Source of the DNA: Eledone cirrhosa
Taxonomy: Eukaryota
Direction: 5' to 3'
Assembly (NCBI GenBank): GCA_964016885.1
Contig: OZ024740.1
Location: 109,058,001 to 109,122,000, forward strand
DNA length: 64,000 nucleotides
Notes under the pieces: generated by a model
What the model was told of the DNA's origin: nothing
The model's database searches: none
The model's input: the letters and a program-made list of their open reading frames with translations, nothing else
Position numbers and translations under genes: made by a program
Part shown: piece by piece, positions 55,067 through 64,000 of the stretch
How positions within the stretch are numbered: position 1 is the first letter of the stretch
How the letters are laid out: each line of letters starts with the position of its first letter

Positions 55067-55178
55067 ATAATTGTTTCTACTTTTTTGGCACAAGGCCACA
55101 ATTATCCAGTGCATTACTGGTACTTTATTTTATCGACCCCGTAAGGGTGAAAGGCAAAGTTAACCTCGGCGGGATTTG
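55067..55178 (-). mobile_element. SINE family A, 5'-truncated
   Basis: 3' half only, stopping within the B box. Confidence 0.8.
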
Positions 55179-55257
55179 TATATATAATTAATGTATATAA
55201 TAGATGGTTGTTAGCAACGTTGTACGCATACATTATTTACACGTACATATGAATACA

Positions 55258-55310
<53 letters not shown>

Positions 55311-55356
55311 TGTATGTATGTATGTATGTATGTATGTATGTATGTATGTATGTATA

Positions 55357-55615
55357 TTTGTGCAGTGCCTTTGCTCACTATAAAAGCTTCACGGCACAGG
55401 CATTGCTTTATATCTGGAGATCTCTCTGCACTTGTCGTCACATGGTACCATGGGCCCAGCACTGTGTCAATAATTGTCACAAGTGTGGTGTTTGTACCAG
55501 AGTTTTCAAGTCGCTGGCTGGACTAAAAAGCCACACTCGTTCAGCGCATCGGTAGAGGTTCTCCTACATGGATATAAAGTAGTGGCCGTACTCGAAAACG
55601 AGTTGGCAGCCACCA
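55357..55615 (+). mobile_element. RTE 3' end with C2H2 remnant
   Basis: Reverse complement of 7785-8046; CHKCGVCTRVFKSLAGLKSHTRSAH. Confidence 0.7.
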
Positions 55616-55997
55616 TGTATGTATGTGTGCATGTACATATATATATAATGTAAACATTTGTATATATAGATATATGTACATACGTATACGCACACATATA
55701 TACATACACACGCACACACAAATATACATTCATATAATTGTCAATAAATAATAAATAATCAATTACAACTTACCTTAAAACAATAATGACATGATTTGAT
55801 CACAAAATAGGTAAAAATGATATACAATTCACACTCGACATTAGCTTGTTGCCGCAGAATATATAATATATATATATATACTATATATTATATTATATTT
55901 ATGTTTTCCGGTAGAAAACAAGCAGTGGTGTAACTGGTAGAAGAATGTAGAATGCTCCTTCCTTCACTACTCTGAAAAACTCACTTTCTTTCACTTG

Positions 55998-56030
<33 letters not shown>

Positions 56031-56313
56031 CACCTCTCTCTATATGTATATATAGTAAGGTAGATTTATATAATCTACTGGACGAAACGAAGGCGTTTTT
56101 CTCCAACTATCTTTTCTTTTTTTTTTTAATATATATCAAATATTATTATGTCCACCGAACGTTCGCTTGCTGTGTCCGTTAAACCCACTAACTGTGCGAC
56201 GACAGAGTAACAGCAGCAGCACCATTAACAACAACAGTGTAAAGATTACTTTGAACGTCGTCTCCCTTTGCCGAACAAGCAAAGCTGGGTCGTCTGCCTG
56301 CAAGGAAAAACTC

Positions 56314-56340
56314 AGTCATGTGACTAGCTTTCAGCCAATC
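56314..56340. promoter_or_regulatory. Candidate E-box + CCAAT promoter module
   Basis: AGTCATGTGACT (56314-56325) with CAGCCAATC 12 bp past the E-box core, in a CpG-rich, non-repetitive stretch. Confidence 0.35.
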
Positions 56341-56533
56341 AACAATTGCAGATGCTGCGTGCGTGCATAGTAGCAGCCGATGTTTCAGTCATTTATTTTT
56401 TCTTATCTTTCGGGTTCATATATACATACAACACACACACACACAGACACATATATATATATATTCTGCAGCTTAGAATTTATTGAGTACTTCCTTGGTT
56501 CATGGTCTTCCCGTTTTTCCAACCGTTAACCCC

Positions 56534-56574
<41 letters not shown>

Positions 56575-56613
56575 CATATATATACACACACCCATATACA
56601 GTTACCATACATT

Positions 56614-56646
<33 letters not shown>

Positions 56647-56667
56647 GTATGTATGTATGAATGTGTG

Positions 56668-56800
56668 TGGAGGAGTGTGGCTTAATGGTTAGGTTATTCG
56701 ATTCACGATCGTAAGGTCGTGAGTTCGATCCCTGCCCGCATTAGACACCACATTGTGTCCTTGAGCAAGCCACTTTATTTCAAGTTGTTCAAGTGGTCTG
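56668..56800 (+). mobile_element. tRNA-derived CORE-type SINE, partial
   Basis: TGGCTTAATGGTTAGG..GAGTTCGATCCC head, then TGTGTCCTTGAGCAAGCCAC. Confidence 0.7.
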
Positions 56801-57038
56801 GTGAGCTATCATTCCTCAATAATATAGAATGCTCTAAGTAACAGAACAAAATTATCTGTTGCTGGAATTGCCTCTCGTTTCTCCACACCAAAATTGCGAC
56901 GGAACCATCTTTATGTGTGTATATAAATGTTAAGACTCTTCCTTCTATTTCATGCGTTAAATTAATATATTTCTTCCATGTACTGTGCCGTTTGTTTTAT
57001 TATATTTGTTATTACTTTTACACACATACACGCACGCG

Positions 57039-57080
<42 letters not shown>

Positions 57081-58537
57081 ACAAGAGGGTGTGGTAAGAT
57101 ACCAGGTGGACCATAACGCACCTGAGTACTCGGATCTACCTGTCGAAACGGCCGGAGCTAAGTCGTCGGGTTCCTGAAATCTTTTCACACGCACACACAC
57201 ACATATATATATATAGCAGTTCTGTTTACATGCCAACACAAGAGCAAGAATGACATGGCTTTAAAGAGGTTGTTTGCATAATTGCAAACGAATAGAATAT
57301 TATTATTAATATTCGAAAAACTCAGATTACATTTAAACACACACACACAACCGGGTTGTTATTGAATTGTCTTTCGTCACACATTCTATGACCTCCTAAG
57401 TTACTATTTTGGACATCTATGTCTCCTCTTCGCTCAGATTTTATCCCAGTTACTCCAATGGGAGCCACTCATTGTGATCACTTTACGACGAAATCTTTTC
57501 GATAACAATAACTTACTGATAACATTAGCAAAATTCTGTTTGGGACAGAATTTTGCGAATGTTATCAGTAAGTTATATATACACGTTTAAATTTGGTGGG
57601 TCACCACTGGGTAGAATTGGTCATTCCGCAATGTTAATCATGATGTAATAGTAGGAAAACACTCGACGTTACGCAACTCATTCATCTTTGATGTTGAATC
57701 CTACTGGTGATGCGAGAACGAAGTTAAATATATTATAAAATAAAATTACGACGTCCCAAAATGATAACAGGCTACCACGATCGCCTTTGAGTAAAAAAAA
57801 AACACTTTTTCTTCTCTCTTTTTTCTTTGCTTTTTTCCATAAAACCTCTTGGAATGTGTTTACCATCATTCGTTTGTTATATAACTATTATGCAATGTGA
57901 ACCTGATGATGTCACCAGGTTCATACGCAACCTGGCCGCATAGTGTTTTCAGAAATAAATAATTAAGGGAATTCAACCTGTCCGGCCTCGTATCATTTTA
58001 TCTTATAATATATATATATGGCCTCAGCCGGATGGCTGGAACAGGTTTAAGAGGGTAAAAGAATATATATATATATACGGAATGGATTATCCGTCGGTTT
58101 CCATGATCTATATTCGACGAACACAACAGCTTGTTCATGAAATTAACGTGTAAGTGCCCGAGCATTCCACAGACACGTGTAACCTTAACGTAATTCGCTG
58201 GGAGATTCGGGAAGATGATACAGTGTGTGACAAGGGTGGCCCTTTGAAATATATGTATCGCCAATTCCACGAGTTTCCAAATAGTTTCCGCCTACACAAT
58301 TTTATTCAGAAAGGTTTCGTCGAACCGAGGTTATGGTAAATGGTACTTTCCTAAGATACCGGAATTCTATGGTTACGAAGTTAACTGCTTAAGCATTCGG
58401 CCATCGATTGTCCCTCGTAATCGATTGACACGGAGACATAAAATGTACAATGGGCCTTCACTTGTGTTTTATATGTGTCACTTAGGTTTTAGGTGAAGTC
58501 GCCAATACCTAGCCGATCCTTGCTCAAAATGATAATT

Positions 58538-58930
58538 ATAATAGTTTCTACTTTTGGCACAAGGCCAGCAATCAGTGTATTACTGGTACTTTATTTTATC
58601 GACCCCGTAAGGATGAAAGACAAAGTTAATTTCGGCGAGATTTGAAATCGGGCCGTAACTCTATGCTGAAAAGCATGGCGTCCGATCCTCTACCGATACT
58701 GCCAATCCACCAATTGTTTCTGATTCAGACACAAGGCCAACAATTTTAGGGAGAGGCGAAAGTCGATTAAATCGACCCGTGTGCGATACTGATACTTTAT
58801 TTTATCGACCTCGTAAGGATGAAAGGCAAAGTTAACCTCAGCGGGATTTGAACTCAGAACGTTAAGGGCCGTAACTTAATGCCACAAAGTATGTTGTCCG
58901 ACACTCAACTAATACTGCCAGTCTACGCTA
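58538..58930 (-). mobile_element. Two tandem SINE family A copies (short variant 58538-58712, long variant 58712-58930)
   Basis: Two head-to-tail copies of the family A sequence. Confidence 0.85.
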
Positions 58931-59220
58931 ATAATAACAATAATAAAAAAAATAATAAAATAAACGAATGAGACAGGGAGAGAGTGAAAATGAGGTGGAT
59001 TTATAAAATCTATAGATAGGAACAATTTGAAGGCGACATTTTAACGATCTCCCTTGTCACACACAGAGTATCATTATGAGGGTGGGGTCTACAGAGTTTT
59101 ATAGATTCAACAGTGCTATCAGTTGGGTCACGGCACCCTGGTACTGGTGAATGCTGCCACTGCATTATTCGCGGCTAAAGCTATATCCATAAAACCAAAC
59201 ACATGTGGAAGCGCGTGCGC

Positions 59221-59287
<67 letters not shown>

Positions 59288-59446
59288 GATATATATACAT
59301 ACATACATATACATACACATTTACACACACATATATGCATATCTATTTGTGTATACGCACACACACACACAACATAGATATATGTGTACATGTGTATGTA
59401 TACGTACACATATATGCATATATATATATATGCATATATATATATA

Positions 59447-59513
<67 letters not shown>

Positions 59514-59756
59514 TTCTACAGGACTAGAACTGTTTCATTCATTAGAAATCATCAGGAATATATATATATATATATATATTTATGTGTGTGTGTGTGTGTG
59601 TGTGTGCGCGCACACACACACATACATTGTTTCTTTCTCTTCTGTTCCAGCCTGTCTCTTACAGTCGCTTCATAGATTCATATTTATTGATGTCAGTTGT
59701 TAATTCACAATTAACATCACAATTGCTGGCTGTTTTAAACACCTAATTTACCTTCC

Positions 59757-60866
59757 AGCCTACCTGCCTCCCTACCTCCCTACCTACTACCTACCTGCCT
59801 CCCTCCCTACCTACCTACCAACCTACTTACCTACCTACCTACCTACCTACCTACCTACCTACCTACCTACCTACCTACCTACCTACCTACCTACCAACCT
59901 ACCTACCTACCTACCTACCTACCTACCTACCTACCTACCTACCAACCTACTTACCTACCTACCTACCTACCTACCTACCTACCTACCTACCTACCTACCT
60001 ACCTACCTACCTACCTACCTACCTACCAACCTACCTACCTACCTACCTACCTACCTACCTACCTACCAACCTACCTACCTACCTACCTACCTACCTACCT
60101 ACCTCCCAACCTACCTACCTACCTACCTACCTACCAACCTACCTGCCTCCCTACCTCCCTACCTACTACCTACCTGCCTCCCTACCTACCTACCTACCTA
60201 CCTACCTACCTACCTACCTACCTACCTACCTACCAACCTACCTACCTTCCAACCTACCTATCTAACTACCTACGTACCTACCTACCTGTCTACCTACCTA
60301 CCAACCTTCCAACCTACCTACATACCTACCAACCAGCCCACCTACCTATCTACCTACCTACCTACCTACCAACCAACGTACCTACCTACCTACAACCAAC
60401 TTATCTACCTACCTATCTACCCACCTACCTACCAATCAACCTATCTACCTACCTATCAACCATCCTACCTACCTACCAACCTATCTACCTACCTACCTAC
60501 CTACCTACCTACCTACCTACCTACCTACCCACCTATCATTCTACCTACCTACTAACCAACCTATCTACCTACCTACATACCTATCTACTTACCTACATGC
60601 TTGCCTAACTATCGATTTATATACCGACCTACCTATTTACCAACCTACCTAACTATCTATATATCGATCTTCCCACGTTCCTGCCTTCCTATGTATCTAT
60701 CTATCGATCTATCTAACGACCTACCTACAAATCTATTTAACTAGCTGCCCACCTGCCTATCCTTCCGAGTTAGTTACCCACCTAACTAACGACCTAGATA
60801 CCTACTTATCTATTTACCTACCGACCTATATTTAAATCCATTTACTTATCTTTCTATCTATCTATC
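59757..60866. repeat. (CCTA)n tract decaying into (TCTA)n
   Basis: About 1.1 kb of tetranucleotide repeat. Confidence 0.95.
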
Positions 60867-60867
60867 C

Positions 60868-61750
60868 TCTGGCAGGCGGACCCGGCGATCAGTGGAGACT
60901 CCACTTCGACATTCTATAGAGGGTTGGTCCGCAGCAAGTGCGACGACGCGCTCGGAGAAACTCTAGGCGTAGAGGAAGACGAACTGGCCAGTCTGTTCGG
61001 TAGGACTTTCTGCCCGGGACCGATGGACAACTTCCAAAAGTCCTTGGCCTGGCAGTGCTACCGAGGAGCTCTACCAGTTCGAGACAAGCTCTACAGACAC
61101 GGGCGCCCGGGCAGGGACCCTTCGAAAAAGATCTGTCCGAGATGCGTGCGAGACGAAGAAACCGTCGCGCACGCATTCGTACAACGACTATTGTCGCGGG
61201 TGGGGGACCAATCCGGTTGACCACCGAGTCCATTGTCATGATCAAACCGCCACCCTTCTTCAAAAACGAAGGGGAGGCGGTTTTCCTTTGTGTGATAGCT
61301 ATGGCGAAAGAGGTTGTATGGTGGACGAGGTTAAAAGGGCTGAGGTCAGCCACCTTTCTCTCCGGCCAACAACTGATTCTTTTTTTCAAATACCACTTTA
61401 GAAGAAGAATCAGGATGGAGAGAGAGGTGCTGTAACTCAGCAAGTTTTATGAAAGGTGGGTGAAAGTGGCGAGAATGGCCCGAGTGAATGGGCCTTCTCT
61501 CTATATCAGCCTGTAGGGTGAGGAAAAAGAGGAAGAGAGGCAAGGGGTACTCACTCTTCGTACTCCTGGAGATGAGGGTTGCACATTTTTTTCGGGGGTA
61601 TGTGTTACCCATATGTAATGTCTCCCCCTATTGGGGAAAATCGATTAATTTTTAAATTGGATAGTATTTTACACGTTTTTATTGTATGTAAACTTCCCCT
61701 TTGTATTTGTCCCCTTCTTTTGTGCCTCTGTGGCTAATAAAGAAACATAT
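60868..61750 (+). mobile_element. Tx1-clade LINE 3' fragment (second subfamily)
   Basis: KCDDALGETLGV..SLAWQCYRGALPVRDKL..CPRC..ETVAH and MAKEVVWWTRLKG match 40250-40800; ends TGTGGCTAATAAAGAAACA(TATC)n. Confidence 0.88.
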
Positions 61751-62319
61751 CTATCTATCTAGCTAGCTAGCTATCTACCAACTTACCTACGTACTTACCT
61801 GCCCACCTGCCTGCCTAACAACCAGCCAGCCAACTTACCTACTTACCTCCCTTTCTGCCTGTATCTAAACAAGACCAACGACGGATTTTATCTGTGGCTG
61901 CTCAATCTGCTAGAAATACCACCCCAAATCTCCCTAAATTCACACCATACCTACCACCTTACACGTAACATTGGATAATGAAATTCTAAAATATACTATG
62001 AGTGAAGGAGGATGGTCACGGCTGGAATACCCTCTGATCATAAGTCTATTCGACCAAGGCCGACTATGGTCTAAAGAAGAAGAACAACAGTAACAACAAC
62101 CACATGTGTGCAGTTAGCTGTGCAGTTAGCTGCGTAGTTAGTGAATGCGAAATAAATTTGTACAGGGGTTATTGAATTATATATATTTTGAGGTCACGAA
62201 ATCGCTTGGAAATCAGCTTGGCATTTTCTGTTGTATCTATTTTATTGTCGCAAGTTTCCGAGTTCGGTTTCTGCTACCGCCCAGTACCCGATGCCAATAA
62301 CATTGACACCTATAATAAT

Positions 62320-62655
62320 AATTCTTTCTAACATTGGCAAAAGGTCATCAATTTTTTTTGGGGGGTGGGGGGGGGGGGGCTGAGTCATTTATATCGACTC
62401 CAGTATATTACTGGTACTTTATTTCATCGACCCCGGAAAGAATAAAAGCAAAGTTGACCTCTGCGAGATTTGAAATCAGAACATTTTATCCAACGATCTA
62501 ACGATTCTGCCAACCCATTCTGCATTGACACTAATAATTGTTTCTACTTTTACCACAAGGCCAGCAATTCTTGGATAGTCGATTATATTGATCCTTGTAT
62601 TTAACTGGTATTTTATTCTATCGACATCCAGAAGGATGAAAAGCAAAATTGATCA
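62320..62655 (-). mobile_element. Two decayed SINE family A copies
   Basis: ACTGGTACTTTATTTCATCGACCCC and TTGTTTCTACTTTTACCACAAGGCCAGCAATT. Confidence 0.65.
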
Positions 62656-62911
62656 TTTGGCATGCTGCCGAATCAAGTTCTTGACACTTCTTGCTTTGAC
62701 TACAAAAAAAAAAAAAAAACATTATTAAGCCTGCATTTTCTACTACAATCACCCATTAGAGTTCCGTAATGCGTCTCTCAAAGTCCCGCGCCTCAGGCGA
62801 CTGCCTTGTTGGCCCGATGATGATGCCAGCACTACATAGTTATAAATATTAAGAGGACCCATGGAAATTCTACGTTTTATATTTTATATAAATCTTTATG
62901 ACATTGTTTCT

Positions 62912-63070
62912 AGGCGGCGAATTGATAGAGTCGTTAGAACGTCAGATAGAATGCTTTGCGGTATTCGTTTCGGCTCTCTGTGCTCTATGTTCAAATCCCT
63001 CCCAGGTCAAGGTTGCTTTTCATCCTTTCCGAAGTCGAAAAATATAGTACCAGTACTGGGGTTGATTCGT
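62912..63070 (+). mobile_element. Decayed SINE family A-related copy
   Basis: GGCGGCGAATTGATAGAGTCGTTAG..GTTCAAATCC..TTTTCATCCTTTCCGAAGTCGA..GTACCAGT. Confidence 0.65.
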
Positions 63071-63271
63071 CTATATCTCTTTTTGACTTCCTCTATATCA
63101 CTCTCTCTTCATCTCTGGAAGAAATCGGTTGTTCAGATATGGAGAGGAAATAGGCGTCGCCAGGTTTAAAATGACCAAGAAACGCCTTATTTCACAATGG
63201 TACCATGACGACTCCACCAAGAGTTACGGGTACATACAAACATACATTCATAACATTGTCTTATTATTTAC

Positions 63272-63720
63272 ATAGCGGCCTTCGTTCCGGCCTTCGTCCC
63301 GGTCTGCAATGTGTTCAAATTAGTATCTATCGTAATGCTCATTTACCTTGAAATAAAAGATGTTAAAACGTACTTAAATAATGCATAACATAATTCTAAA
63401 ATTTTATTTATAATATCTAAATACAGAAAGTAATAAATAAAATAATAGAAAAATATATTCTACGAAAATTATAAAACATTTACAGAACTTCAGCATATAC
63501 AATGTTTTGTTTTTTTTTGTTTTTTTTTGAGCATATATAAAGAGTTTGTTGGAGCGTCCTACTCGGGAACAACCTACATAAAATTGACCATGTGAGAAAC
63601 AGCCCTCTTCTAGATGGAGACGGAAGCCTGCAGTTGATTAATTAAATTTACAACGTTTTCTACAACTGTAGAAAATGATGAAGGATCAAAACATCCTTCA
63701 GTATCAAGGGATTACTTTTC
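63272..63720 (-). mobile_element. Helitron remnant (RepHel PIF1-helicase C-terminus and putative 3' end)
   Basis: Minus strand 63620-63480 reads LHLEEGCFSHGQFYVGCSRVGRSNKLFIYA..NIVYAEVL*; GC-rich CCGG..CCGG hairpin followed by GCTA at about 63272-63302. Confidence 0.8.
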
Positions 63721-64000
63721 TATAAATTTAAACGACTGAGAGGTGCTTATCTGTAACTCCGATGGTCTCCCTTCCTTCCCACCACTGTTTTTTCCACTGA
63801 AGAAATATCCGAGGCTTGGAAAATCCGAGGGTACCCGCCCCAAATTCCGTTTCCGGAAAAGAAGGCGTTTGTGAGCATATCGGAAGTTAGATTAGCTGAA
63901 AACATATGAAAAAACCCGCGGAAAAAAATGTCTTCACGATCCCCAGTAGGTGCTTTTCTATAAATTTAAATGAAATCACATAGAAAAGTTTTAGTTAGTT

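Noticed and set aside
56668-56740. tRNA-like sequence (also all SINE heads)
   Set aside because: A/B boxes continue into SINE bodies and no intact cloverleaf with an acceptor stem is evident
57897-57925. Small hairpin containing CTGATGA
   Set aside because: No GAAA-stem III-NUH partner, so not a hammerhead
59757-60866. (TAGG)n as a telomere-like tract
   Set aside because: The unit is CCTA, not TTAGGG or TTAGG, and it grades into TCTA like an ordinary microsatellite

Overview
AT-rich, repeat-dominated animal genomic DNA. The SINE/LINE families and dense (TA)n, (GAT)n and (TAA)n microsatellites suggest a cephalopod, probably an octopus (inference). No host protein-coding exon can be supported, and most ORF-track entries are microsatellite or antisense artefacts. 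The window contains: many tRNA-derived SINEs; five copies of an RTE-clade LINE, whose ORF2 carries an internal PHD finger in the longer copies; RTE-BovB-like and CR1-like fragments; a near-full-length decayed L1/Tx1 element plus 3' fragments in microsatellites; a Helitron remnant; a TA-flanked MITE; a 57-bp minisatellite; and a 1.1-kb (CCTA)n tract. The most notable signal is a set of sequence-divergent Penelope-like element (PLE) termini sitting in (TA)n tracts. Each carries a minimal type-I hammerhead ribozyme (palindromic stem III, often a very long stem II), and most are folded into large inverted repeats. One lies downstream of a GIY-YIG endonuclease remnant that the ORF track misses. Also notable are an ~809-bp direct duplication flanking a LINE insertion, a SINE whose 3' end matches the Tx1 3' end, and a candidate minus-strand promoter near 56.3 kb with a CpG-content shift near 42-43 kb. 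All boundaries were read by eye and are approximate unless motifs are quoted.
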